From an uncultured delta proteobacterium (lineage in GTDB: Bacteria > Myxococcota_A > Polyangia > Haliangiales > Haliangiaceae): a stretch of DNA of 64,000 nucleotides. Below are positions 27,127 through 36,855 of the stretch, one piece after another. The stretch is from contig CAWKDB010000010.1 in NCBI GenBank assembly GCA_963848295.1, forward strand, positions 4,032,001-4,096,000, given 5' to 3'. The notes below the pieces were generated by a model that made no database searches, was not told the origin of the DNA, and was given only the letters and a program-made list of their open reading frames with translations. A program made the translations under genes and the position numbers. Within the stretch, counting starts at the first letter, position 1. The number at the start of each line of letters is the position of its first letter.

Positions 27127-29511
27127 ATGTCTCAACCTCTACCGGTCGTCGCGATGCGTAGTGCGGTCGTGTTTCCGGGAACGAGCCTGCCCATCACGGC
27201 AGCTCGCTCCCAGACGCTGCGGGCGATCGAGGCCGCGCTGCGCGACCCGGAGCACCGCGTGTTTGCGGTCGCGCAACGCGACGACGCCGATGAAGTCTCT
27301 CCCGAGAATCTCTATCTGACCGGGACGATCGCGACGCTGAGCTCCGTGCAACGCGGGCTCGGCGGCGTCCGACTCGTGCTCGAAGGCCTGCATCGCGGCG
27401 TTTCCGTGCGGGTGACGCCGACTGACGGCTACCTGGTCGCGACCGTCGCCGAGGCGGCGGAGCTCCAGCCGCTCGATGTCAAGGACCCTTCGTTCGTCGG
27501 CCTTCACCGGGAAGTGCGTGACCGTGCCGCCGAGCTCGCGAAGAAGCGCGGTGTGCCCGCCGAGGCGGTCGATCAGATGCTGAAACAGATCACCGAGCCC
27601 GGCCAGCTCGCGGACTTGGTCGCGTCGTACCTCGACGTGCCGGCCAGCGATCGCCAAGCGATCCTCGAAGATCTCGAGGTCGAGGCGCGGCTACGTCGCG
27701 TGTTGATCCACGTCCAACGCCAGATCGACGTGCTGTCCGCGCAGGAAGAGATTCAATCGAAGGTTCAAGAGGAGCTCGGCGGCCGGCAGCGCGACCTGTA
27801 CCTGCGCGAGCAGATGAAGGCGATCCAGAAGGAGCTCGGCGAAGGCGAAGGCGCCGCCGACGACTCGCTCAAGGAGCTCGAAGCGAAGCTCAAGGCGCTG
27901 CCGCTCCCCGATGCGGCGCGAAAAGAGGTCGATCGCGAGTGGGCGCGGCTGACGCGGATCGGCCGTGAATCGGTCGAGGCGCAGGTCATTCGCACGTATC
28001 TCGAGACGATCGTGGAGCTGCCGTGGGGCAAGCGCACCGAAGAGCTACTCGACGTTCAGCAGGCCGCGAAGATCCTCGACGAGGACCACTTCGGCCTGGG
28101 CGAGGTCAAGGACCGCGTGCTCGAGTTCCTCGCGGTGCATCAGCTGACGAAGGCGAAGGAGAAGAAGGGCCGGATCTTGCTGTTCGCCGGTCCACCCGGC
28201 GTTGGCAAGACGTCGATCGCGAAGTCGATCGCTCGCGCGATGGGGCGTGAATACGTCCGGATCTCGCTCGGCGGCGCGCGCGACGAGGCGGACATCCGGG
28301 GCCACCGGCGGACGTACATCGGCGCGCTGCCGGGTCGGATCCTTGCGGGGATGAAGCAGGCCGGCAGCAAGAACCCGGTATTCCTGCTCGACGAGGTCGA
28401 CAAGCTCGGGATGTCGCATCAAGGCGACCCCGCGGCCGCGCTGCTCGAGGTCCTCGACCCCGCGCAGAACGACTCGTTCACCGACCATTACCTCGGCGTG
28501 CCGTTCGATCTGTCCGAGGTGATGTTCATCGCGACTGCGAACTTCATCGCGAACATCCCGGGCCCGTTGCTCGATCGCATGGAGGTCGTGGACTTCGCCG
28601 GCTACACCGAGCGCGAGAAGCTCGAGATCGCGAAGCACTACCTGGTCGCGCGCCAGCTCGCGGACAACGGCCTCACCGCCGATCAGCTCGTGGTCAGCGA
28701 CGATGCGATCCGCGAGGTGATCTCGAGCTACACGCGTGAAGCGGGTGTCCGCCAGCTCGAGCGCGAGCTCGGCAGGCTGTTCCGCAAGGTCGCGCGGCGG
28801 ATCGCGGCGAAGGAGATCGAGCGCAAGGAGCTCGGGCGCGAAGACGTGCGGCCGCTGCTCGGCCGGCCGCGCGTGCACCCCGAGAAGGCGGCGCCCGAGG
28901 ACCAGATCGGGTTGGCGACCGGCATGTACTACACGCCGGCAGGCGGCGACATCATGTTCGTCGAGGCGGCGCCGATGCGCGGCAAAGGCGATCTGATCCT
29001 GACCGGTCAGCTCGGCGACGTGATGAAGGAGTCGGCGCGGGCCGCGTGGACGTACGCGCGCGCTCATGCCGATGACTTGATGATCGACGACCGGGTGTTC
29101 GAGCGCGACGTCCACGTCCACGTCCCGGCGGGCGCGATCCCGAAGGATGGACCGTCCGCGGGGATCGCGATGGCGACCGCGATGGTGTCGGCCTTGTCGG
29201 GTCGACCGGCTCGGCACGAGGTCGCGATGACCGGCGAGATCACGCTGTCGGGCCGGGTGTTGCCGATCGGTGGGCTCAAAGAGAAAGTGCTCGGAGCCGT
29301 GCGCGCCGGCATCACGCACATCGTGATTCCGCGCGACAACGAGGCCGATCTCGACGACCTGCCCGCGGACGTGCGCGACAAGCTCGTCGTGTCGCCGGTC
29401 GATTCGCTTGCCGAGGCACTCGCGATCACGTTGCGCGACACCTCGCTGCGCAACGGTCGGTTGTTCTCTGGCGCGCGGACGGATGCCGGCGCGGACGTCC
29501 TCGCACACTGA
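27127..29511 (+). CDS. lon: ATP-dependent Lon protease
   Basis: GPPGVGKT, RRTYIGALPG, PKDGPSAG, PIGGLKEK; RBS AAGGAAGGA. Confidence 0.97.
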   Translation: MSQPLPVVAMRSAVVFPGTSLPITAARSQTLRAIEAALRDPEHRVFAVAQRDDADEVSPENLYLTGTIATLSSVQRGLGGVRLVLEGLHRGVSVRVTPTDGYLVATVAEAAELQPLDVKDPSFVGLHREVRDRAAELAKKRGVPAEAVDQMLKQITEPGQLADLVASYLDVPASDRQAILEDLEVEARLRRVLIHVQRQIDVLSAQEEIQSKVQEELGGRQRDLYLREQMKAIQKELGEGEGAADDSLKELEAKLKALPLPDAARKEVDREWARLTRIGRESVEAQVIRTYLETIVELPWGKRTEELLDVQQAAKILDEDHFGLGEVKDRVLEFLAVHQLTKAKEKKGRILLFAGPPGVGKTSIAKSIARAMGREYVRISLGGARDEADIRGHRRTYIGALPGRILAGMKQAGSKNPVFLLDEVDKLGMSHQGDPAAALLEVLDPAQNDSFTDHYLGVPFDLSEVMFIATANFIANIPGPLLDRMEVVDFAGYTEREKLEIAKHYLVARQLADNGLTADQLVVSDDAIREVISSYTREAGVRQLERELGRLFRKVARRIAAKEIERKELGREDVRPLLGRPRVHPEKAAPEDQIGLATGMYYTPAGGDIMFVEAAPMRGKGDLILTGQLGDVMKESARAAWTYARAHADDLMIDDRVFERDVHVHVPAGAIPKDGPSAGIAMATAMVSALSGRPARHEVAMTGEITLSGRVLPIGGLKEKVLGAVRAGITHIVIPRDNEADLDDLPADVRDKLVVSPVDSLAEALAITLRDTSLRNGRLFSGARTDAGADVLAH

Positions 29512-29550
29512 CGGACGGTCCTGGGCCGGGTCTCGCGTATAGTCGCCGAG

Positions 29551-29970
29551 ATGCGGCCCTTCTTGTTGTGTGTTCTCGCGGCGTGTTGGAGCGGCGATGC
29601 CAAGCCGGTCGCGGCGCCGACACAGCCAACGCCAGCTCCGGTCGCGACGTCGAATCGCGCTCCCGCGCCGGTGGATGCCGCCGCGGCCGAGCGCGGTGCC
29701 GAGCTCGCACGCCAGAAGGGCTGCGTGCGGTGTCACACGGTCGACGGCTCGGCGAGGGTCGGACCGACGTGGCTCCGCGCGTGGGGCAGCACGATCACGA
29801 CCGAGGACGGCCGTCGCGTCGATGTCGACGAGGCGTATGTGCGGCGGTCGATCCTCCAGCCGCAGGCCGATCTCGTGAAGGGGTTCCCGCCTGTGATGCC
29901 GACGTTCGATGGCGTGCTGAAACCCGACGAGCAAGACGATCTCGTCGCGTACATTCGGTCACTGCGCTGA
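29551..29970 (+). CDS. monoheme cytochrome c lipoprotein (caa3 subunit II C-terminal-like)
   Basis: LAAC lipobox; CVRCH; GPTW; DEAYVRRSILQP; VMP. Confidence 0.85.
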   Translation: MRPFLLCVLAACWSGDAKPVAAPTQPTPAPVATSNRAPAPVDAAAAERGAELARQKGCVRCHTVDGSARVGPTWLRAWGSTITTEDGRRVDVDEAYVRRSILQPQADLVKGFPPVMPTFDGVLKPDEQDDLVAYIRSLR

Positions 29971-30032
29971 GCCCGCGACCGTTGGTTGCGCGGGTTGCGA
30001 CGCGGACCCGGTAGTTTGCTACGCTGGCGCCC

Positions 30033-30452
30033 GTGTCCGCTGTGTTCGAAGCTTGGATGCGGTGGGCACGCGCGTCGTTCGACGAGATGGACGCACGCGG
30101 CAAGGGCCGCGAGGTCGATCCGGCCGCGCGACAAGTCGCGCGCGACCTCGCGCTCGCAGCGGGTCGCGGCCCGATCGGCGAGCTCGCCGACCGACTCGCC
30201 CTGACCGCGGATGACGTCGACTTCCTCGTGGTCGTTGTCGCGTGCTCGATCGATCCGTTGATCGTCGTGCGCCGGCGGCAAGTCGTCGGCGATGGTGCGT
30301 TGCTCGGGGTGGACCTCGCGACGTTTGTCTCGATGGCGGGGCTCGATCCCGCCGACGCGTGGAGGTTCGCTCTGCGCGCCGGTCGCGACTATCCGCTCGT
30401 TCGCGCAGGGCTGATCGAGATGGTCGATGGCGATGGCGTTGCCGGTGCGAGC
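30033..30452 (+). pseudogene. probable 3'-truncated AAA-ATPase N-terminal (winged-helix-like) fragment
   Basis: LADRLALTADDVDFLVVVVACSIDP...PLVRAGLIE; the rest of the ORF is antisense to the next gene; no Walker motifs. Confidence 0.5.
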
Positions 30453-31112
30453 CTACGTCGCGAGCTTCGTGGCGGCCGCGAGCGCCGCGCGCTGATGTGC
30501 GTTGAGACCGATCCGCGGCCGGATCGCCCGCATCTTGGCCTCGACATCTTCGAGCGTCGCGTCGCCGCGGTGGACCAATACCGCGGCGGCGACCGTCGCC
30601 GACCGGCCGTGGCCGAACGCGCAGTGGATCAACGCGGGGCCGCCGGCCGCGACGACCTGATCGACCGCTTCGGCGATCTGGCGAGGCGTCGGCGCCCGCG
30701 CATCGAGCGTCGGGATCGTGAGATAGGTACGACCGTCGTGCACGCCGCGCGCGGCTGGCATCTCCGCACACAGATCGACGACCATCGCGATGTCGCTCCC
30801 GAGCTCGTGCGCGCGCGGCCGCCGTCCGACCCACACACCGGGTGCGACCTCGCTCGCGACCGGCTCGCGGGTGAACCGGCGCACGAGCTCGTGACCGATC
30901 CACTGGTAGAGAAATAGCGGCCCCCACGCGAGCCACGCGTACCACGGCAGCGAGCCGTCGGGCCGCTTACCGAACGCGCGCGGCACGCCCACGAGATACA
31001 CGATCCACGCCGCGATCATGACCGTCGCCGGCCAGAGCACGACGTAGGCGTGCGTCGCGAGGGCGATGTAGACGAGCGCACCGGCTAGCACCGGAAACGC
31101 GTAGAGGATCAC
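30453..31112 (-). CDS. membrane-anchored dual-specificity phosphatase
   Basis: HCAFGHGRS (HCx5R); DLCAE; N-terminal TM helices. Confidence 0.85.
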   Translation of the reverse strand: MILYAFPVLAGALVYIALATHAYVVLWPATVMIAAWIVYLVGVPRAFGKRPDGSLPWYAWLAWGPLFLYQWIGHELVRRFTREPVASEVAPGVWVGRRPRAHELGSDIAMVVDLCAEMPAARGVHDGRTYLTIPTLDARAPTPRQIAEAVDQVVAAGGPALIHCAFGHGRSATVAAAVLVHRGDATLEDVEAKMRAIRPRIGLNAHQRAALAAATKLAT

Positions 31113-31133
31113 GCGCTCCTTGTAGCACTGCTC

Positions 31134-34097
31134 CTACTGGATGATGTACTGGCAGTTCGTGCAGCCGGGCGTGCCGTCACACTGCTCCCCGAACGAAACC
31201 TCGACGATCCCGTCGCCGCAGTAGGGCGCGGCTTCACATGCCGCGGTGCACTGGCCCTGGCCATACGCGGTCACCGAGTTCGCCGCACCGTTGTCGCACT
31301 GCTCCGGTCCGTTGATGACGCCGTCGCCGCAGTACGGCGCCAGCGTGCAGTCCATGTCGCACGTGCCGTACGAGCCGTTGTTCGTGCCGTTATCGCACTG
31401 CTCGGTGCCGTTCTTCACCCCATCGCCGCAGCGGCCGCCGAGCGTGCAGTTCGGGTTGCACTTGCCGTAGCCGCCGGTGTTGTTCGCGGTGCCGTCGTCG
31501 CACTGCTCGCCAGCGTCGACCACGCCGTTCCCGCACTTCAACGTGCAGTTCGCGGCGCACGGATCATCGGCCGCACCATTGTTGACGCCATCGTCGCATT
31601 GCTCGGCGCCGTTCTTGAGGTTGTCGCCGCAATGCGGCCCGAGCTTGCACGTAGAAGTACAGCCGTTGTACGCACCGATATTGGCGGCGGTGCCGAGGTC
31701 GCACTGTTCGCCATAGACCGACTGCACGGTCGCGTCGCCGCAGTACGGCGCGATCACGCAGCCCGGGCCGCACTCCGCCATCGTGCCGCCATAGGTCGCG
31801 ATGTTGTTGCCGTCATCGCACTGCTCGGGTCCGTTCGTCAGATCGTCGCCGCAGTACGGCTCGCGCAGCGAGCAATCCGCCGAGCAGCTGCCGTACATCC
31901 CGTTGTTGACGCCGTCGTCACACACTTCGTTGCCCTCGATGATCCCGTCGCCGCAGATCGGCGCGCAGGTGCTCACCGTGTGCGTGAAGCCGCTCAGCGT
32001 CAGGCCATACGTCGACGCCGTCGTGTGGCGCTCGGCTTGGAAGACGTCGATCGAGTACATGCCGCCGTCGGTCAAGCCCAGCGTCGCCGCCTCGCCGCCT
32101 GCCGGCGTGTTCGTCAGTTGCACGCTGCCAGGGGTCTTGCCGTGGACGCCGCCGATGTCGACGACGAGCTGGCCGTTGATGAACACCCACACGTCATCGT
32201 CGCCGTCGAAGCTGAACGTCGGCTGCGTGGTCTTGTCGTACGTGAACGGATAGTGGAGCTCGCTCGTGAACGAGAAGTTGTGCGCGTTGCCGTCGCCGGC
32301 AGTGTCGGTCTGGATCGACGACGATCCGGGTGCGTTCCACCCGAGGTTGTCGACCGGGAAGAAGTAGTCGTTGCTGTACGAGTAGACGTTCGGCGAGGTC
32401 TCGGTGAGCGTCAGCGTCGTCGGGTTCCCGCTCGTATCGAGGAAGACCTCGCTGTCGAACGGGTTCGTCGAGCCGGTGCCGTTACAACCAGTCTGGTGAT
32501 ACCACCAGCAGAAGTCGGTCGAATTCGTCAGCGCCTGCGGGTTGCCGATCTTGTTGAACACCGGCTCGCCGTCCGCGCCGAGCGCCGACTTCACCAGCTT
32601 GGTCTCGACGCCGGTGTTGTAGTTCTGGAAGTCGGGGCTGCCGGCGCCGGGGCTCAGCGTCAGGAACGTGTTGTAGTAGTGCATATCGCGATACAGGATC
32701 GGGATCGTCAGCGTCGATGCCGGCGTCTGGTTCGCGTTGGTGCACGACCAGCCCGACTCGATCTTGCAGTTGTGGTCGCAGCCGTCGCCGTCATTGAGGT
32801 TGCCGTCGTCGCACTGCTCGGTGCCAAACACGAGGCCGTCGCCGCACACCGCGGTGCACTGACCGCCTGCGCACTTCGGCTCGATCGTGCAGGTCGGCGA
32901 GCAACCGTCGTACGGGATGCGGTTGCCGTCATCGCATTCTTCGGCGGGCGGCTCGAAGGTGCCGTTGCCGCAGTGCGCTTGCGTGCATACGTTGCCGCTG
33001 CAGTTCCATCCGGTCTGCACCGTGCACGTCGCGGTGCAGCCGACGCCGGTGCCGTTGTTCACACCGAGGTCGCAGGCCTCGGCACCGGCCTGGATGCCGT
33101 CGCCGCAGGTCTTCGCGACGCACCTGAGGCCGGAGTGCGGGCACACCCAGCCGGCTTCGAGCATGCACGTCCCCGAGCAGCCATCGTTGGACGTGGTGTT
33201 GCCGTCGTCGCACTGCTCGCTGCCCTCGACCTTGCCGTCGCCGCACACCACGGTCGACACGCACATCTGTCCGGCCATCGGACAGTTGAAGTTCGCTTCG
33301 AGCTGACACGTGCTGCTGCAGCCGTCGCCGGACATCGCGTTGCCGTCATCGCACGTCTCGCCGATGTCGTAGTCGATGACGCTGTTGCCGCAGTACTCGA
33401 CCAGGTTGCACTTCATGCCCGCCGTCGGGCAGCTGTAGCCGGTCTCGATCACGCACGAGCTCGAGCAGCCATCGCCAGAGGACATGTTGCCGTCATCGCA
33501 CTGCTCGCCCGAATCGATGATGCCGTCGCCGCAGATCGGAACCGGCGCCATCACGCACGCGCCGCCGGTATTCGGGCACGTCCAGCCCGGGGTGACCTGC
33601 GAGCAGTCGGCCGCGCAGCCGTTGTTGCCGGTCGTATCGCCGTCGTCACACGCCTCGTTGGCCTCGACGACGCCGTCGCCGCACACGATCGTCGAGATAC
33701 ACGGCTGACCCGCGGTAGGGCAGACGTAGTTCGGTTCGATCTGGCACGTGCCGGAGCAGCCGTCGCCAGGCACGCCGTTGCCGTCGTCGCATTGCTCCGG
33801 CGCCGTGACGATGCCGTCGCCGCAGTACAGCTCCTGGATGCACGGCTCGCCCGCGGTCGGACAGAACCAACCTTTCTCGTCCTGGCAGGTCGCGCTGCAA
33901 CCGTCGCCTGACGTCGTGTTGCCGTCGTCGCACTGTTCGCCGGTTTCGACCACGGAGTTGCCGCACGCCGGACCGTTCGGTCCGCCGGCGTCACTGCCGC
34001 CGCTGCCATTGCTCCCAGCATCGGCCGGATTGTCAGGAGTGTGAGAGCCACAAGCTGCGATTGCGAGAACGGCCAGCATTGACATCCGTCGGAGCAT
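31134..34097 (-). CDS. Myxococcal Cys-rich repeat (DUF4215) lipoprotein with central fibro-slime/PA14 domain
   Basis: Many CGDG...EQCDDGN..GDGC repeats; HNFSFTSE, GDDDVWVFINGQL, FQAERHT. Confidence 0.9.
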   Translation of the reverse strand: MLRRMSMLAVLAIAACGSHTPDNPADAGSNGSGGSDAGGPNGPACGNSVVETGEQCDDGNTTSGDGCSATCQDEKGWFCPTAGEPCIQELYCGDGIVTAPEQCDDGNGVPGDGCSGTCQIEPNYVCPTAGQPCISTIVCGDGVVEANEACDDGDTTGNNGCAADCSQVTPGWTCPNTGGACVMAPVPICGDGIIDSGEQCDDGNMSSGDGCSSSCVIETGYSCPTAGMKCNLVEYCGNSVIDYDIGETCDDGNAMSGDGCSSTCQLEANFNCPMAGQMCVSTVVCGDGKVEGSEQCDDGNTTSNDGCSGTCMLEAGWVCPHSGLRCVAKTCGDGIQAGAEACDLGVNNGTGVGCTATCTVQTGWNCSGNVCTQAHCGNGTFEPPAEECDDGNRIPYDGCSPTCTIEPKCAGGQCTAVCGDGLVFGTEQCDDGNLNDGDGCDHNCKIESGWSCTNANQTPASTLTIPILYRDMHYYNTFLTLSPGAGSPDFQNYNTGVETKLVKSALGADGEPVFNKIGNPQALTNSTDFCWWYHQTGCNGTGSTNPFDSEVFLDTSGNPTTLTLTETSPNVYSYSNDYFFPVDNLGWNAPGSSSIQTDTAGDGNAHNFSFTSELHYPFTYDKTTQPTFSFDGDDDVWVFINGQLVVDIGGVHGKTPGSVQLTNTPAGGEAATLGLTDGGMYSIDVFQAERHTTASTYGLTLSGFTHTVSTCAPICGDGIIEGNEVCDDGVNNGMYGSCSADCSLREPYCGDDLTNGPEQCDDGNNIATYGGTMAECGPGCVIAPYCGDATVQSVYGEQCDLGTAANIGAYNGCTSTCKLGPHCGDNLKNGAEQCDDGVNNGAADDPCAANCTLKCGNGVVDAGEQCDDGTANNTGGYGKCNPNCTLGGRCGDGVKNGTEQCDNGTNNGSYGTCDMDCTLAPYCGDGVINGPEQCDNGAANSVTAYGQGQCTAACEAAPYCGDGIVEVSFGEQCDGTPGCTNCQYIIQ

Positions 34098-34242
34098 TAC
34101 CGCCCACGCTACGCTATGTGGAGCCGCTTTTGGGTAGCGCACGGTGTGGACGGATCGGCAGCACACTCCGACGGAGATGTGGTCTCAGGGATACTCGTAA
34201 CGCCGCGAGGCGAGTCGACCCAGCTCGCGCGACTGAGCTAGG

Positions 34243-36822
34243 ATGCCTCGCGCCCCGATGCCGGATCGCACGCTCGTCGCCTCCGCCACGAACTTGTTGA
34301 CGCGAGGGTTCCTCGTCGTGCCCACCGACCGTGAGTCGCGCGCCGGCGACCCGGTCAACGCCCTGTTCTTCGTCGCGCGCGCGCTGCAGCGGGCGATCGC
34401 GTTCAAGCAACCGGCGCGCGCGGTCGCGGTGGTCGAGGCGAACCCCGATACCTCGAAGTGGCCGGCGATCCTCGTCGAGCAAGTCGCGCGGTTGCCCGAG
34501 CTGTGCGCGGCGTACGGCCTCGAGGTCGTCGCCACGACGGGCGAGGTTCACGCGGTCGCGAGCTACACACGCGCCGCGCTCGATGCCGGCGACGACGTCG
34601 TCGTGGTCGGGGTCGACAAGCGCTATGCGCAGCTCGTCGGCGACCGCGCGTGGTGGTACGACGCGGCGAAGGACGCGCGCTACACGCCGGAGATCGTGAT
34701 GAAGCGGTTCGGCGTGGCGCCCGACAAGGTCGCGGGCTGGCTCGGGCTCGTCGGGGACGAGGATGCACTGCCCGGTGTCAAAGGCATCGGCGCGAAAGGC
34801 GCGACGACGCTGGTCGAGACCTACGGTTCGATCGAAGGCGCGATCGCCGAGCTCTCGCGGATGGAGGGCCGGCTCGGCAAGGCGTTGCGCGCGGCCGGCG
34901 ACGATGTCGAGCGCGAGCTGGCGCGGGCGACGCTCGATCAGGCCGTGGCACTACCTCGGCCGCTCGCCGAGCTCGCCTACCGCGTGCCGGATGCCGCCGC
35001 GCTCAACCCGTTGCTCGATCATCTCGGCTTTGCCGAGCTGCTCGTCGCCGAGGGTGGCGCGATCCATGTCGAGGTCTGCGAGACCGGCGACGAGGTCGGA
35101 GCGGCGCTCGCCCGGATCGGCGGCGCCACCGTCTGCATCCACGCGGTGCTCGAAGATCCGGCGCCGGTGCGCAGTGCGCTCGTCGGCGTCGCGTTGACGA
35201 CAGGCGAGGGCAGCGCGTGCTACGTGCCGTGTGCGGCCGCCGGCTGGCCCGGGCTCGCGGCCTGGCTCGCGGATCCGAGCATGCCGAAGGTCGGCCACGA
35301 TCTGGTCGGGACGATGGTGGCGCTGCGGCGGCTCGGCGGTTCGCTCGCAGGTATCGCCGGCGATGCGATGTGCGCGTCACACCTCACGCAACCGAGCAAC
35401 TGGGCGCCGCACGATCTCACGCTCGTCGCGAAGCACGTGCTCGGGCGCGCGCTGCCCGATGTCGACGTCGTGCGCGGTGTCGGCCAGAAGCGCAAGGCCT
35501 GGGCGGCGCTGCCGGTCGAACGAACCGCGGACTTCGCCGCGCACTACGCCGACGCGGCGCTCCGCGTGTGGAACGAGCTCGCGCCCGGCGTCGATCGCGC
35601 CTTGCTCGCCGAGTACCTCGAGCTGTCCGAGGCGCTCGTGCGGATGGAGCTGACCGGGCTGATCGTCGATCCGGCCGAGCTCGACCACGCCGAGCGTGCG
35701 TTCGCCGCGATCGAAGCCGAGCTCACGCAACAGATCGAGGCGCTCGCCGGCCATGCGTTCAACATCAACTCGGGCAAGCAGCTCGGCACGGTGCTGTTCG
35801 AGGAGCTGAAGCTGCCGGTCGTCAGTCACACGAAGACCGGCTGGAGCACCGCGATCGAAGCGCTCGAGCGGATCGAGCACGCGCACCCGATCGTGGCGCT
35901 CGTGATTCGGTGGCGCCTGCTGCGCCGGTTGCGCGATAGCTGGGTGATCGCGCTGCGCCGCTGCATCGACGACGACGGCCGCGTGCATTCGCGATGTCAC
36001 CCGGCGCGCTCGTTCTCCGGCCACCTGATCAACACGAACCCGGACCTCGCGCGCGTGCCCGGCCGCACGCCCGAGATGAACATGATCCGCCGCGCGTTCA
36101 AGGCGGCGCCGGGCCGGCTGCTGATGTCGGTCGACTTCAACCAGCTCGGCCTGCACGTGCTCGCGCACCTGACGAAGGATCCGGCGCTCGTCGAGCCGCT
36201 GCGCCGGCGCGACGACATGCACGCGCTGACCGCCTCGGCGGTGCTCGACAAGCCGCTCGAGGCGATCACGGCCGACGATCGCCAGCTCGGCAAGGTCGTC
36301 AACTTCGCGACGTTCGCCGGGCAGGGCGCGAGCGCGCTCGCGCTGCAGCTCGGGGTCACCGCGCAGGAAGCGAAGGAGCTGATCGCGCGGTTCGATCGCC
36401 GCTACGCGTCGGTCCGCGCGTTCCAGGACGAGCAGCTGCGGCTCGCCCGCGAGCGCGGCTACATCGTGACGATCGCCGGCCGGCACTGGCCGATCGGCGG
36501 CCTCGAGTCGCTCGATCCGCACGATCGATCCTACGCCGAGCGGCTCGCTCGCCGCGCCACGCACGAAGGCTCGGTGTCCGACGTCTCGCGCCGCGCGCTG
36601 CTCGACGCCGATCGCGCGCTGCGCCGCGAAGGACTCGGCGCGGTGCCACTGCTGCAGATCCTCGACGAGGTGCTGTTCGACGTGCCCGAGGCCGAGCTCG
36701 CGGTCGCCGCGCGCGTCGCGTCGGAGGCGATGCGCCATGCGTTCGAGCTCGAAGTGCCGCTTGTCGTCGGCGTCGAAGTCGGTCGCAACTGGGCCGACCT
36801 CGAGCGGTTCACGGTCGCCTAA
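34243..36822 (+). CDS. divergent DNA polymerase I (family A) paralogue with degenerate nuclease domains
   Basis: Pol I domain order; HhH LPGVKGIGAKGA; FNINSGKQL..VLF; motif A SVDFNQLG, motif B K..NF, motif C ILDE; alternative start 34258. Confidence 0.85.
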   Translation: MPRAPMPDRTLVASATNLLTRGFLVVPTDRESRAGDPVNALFFVARALQRAIAFKQPARAVAVVEANPDTSKWPAILVEQVARLPELCAAYGLEVVATTGEVHAVASYTRAALDAGDDVVVVGVDKRYAQLVGDRAWWYDAAKDARYTPEIVMKRFGVAPDKVAGWLGLVGDEDALPGVKGIGAKGATTLVETYGSIEGAIAELSRMEGRLGKALRAAGDDVERELARATLDQAVALPRPLAELAYRVPDAAALNPLLDHLGFAELLVAEGGAIHVEVCETGDEVGAALARIGGATVCIHAVLEDPAPVRSALVGVALTTGEGSACYVPCAAAGWPGLAAWLADPSMPKVGHDLVGTMVALRRLGGSLAGIAGDAMCASHLTQPSNWAPHDLTLVAKHVLGRALPDVDVVRGVGQKRKAWAALPVERTADFAAHYADAALRVWNELAPGVDRALLAEYLELSEALVRMELTGLIVDPAELDHAERAFAAIEAELTQQIEALAGHAFNINSGKQLGTVLFEELKLPVVSHTKTGWSTAIEALERIEHAHPIVALVIRWRLLRRLRDSWVIALRRCIDDDGRVHSRCHPARSFSGHLINTNPDLARVPGRTPEMNMIRRAFKAAPGRLLMSVDFNQLGLHVLAHLTKDPALVEPLRRRDDMHALTASAVLDKPLEAITADDRQLGKVVNFATFAGQGASALALQLGVTAQEAKELIARFDRRYASVRAFQDEQLRLARERGYIVTIAGRHWPIGGLESLDPHDRSYAERLARRATHEGSVSDVSRRALLDADRALRREGLGAVPLLQILDEVLFDVPEAELAVAARVASEAMRHAFELEVPLVVGVEVGRNWADLERFTVA

Positions 36823-36855
36823 GAAGGCGACACGCACGTCGGTGACGCGCAGCGA

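Noticed and set aside
31599..33911. Long antisense ORFs here and at 28045..29934, 41829..43484, 5437..6978 and elsewhere
   Set aside because: Expected stop-poor shadows of high-GC coding strands, with no recognisable motifs.
34243..36822. Prophage polymerase or the housekeeping polA
   Set aside because: No phage genes nearby and host-like codon usage; too many essential residues are changed for a normal polA, so no gene symbol was given.
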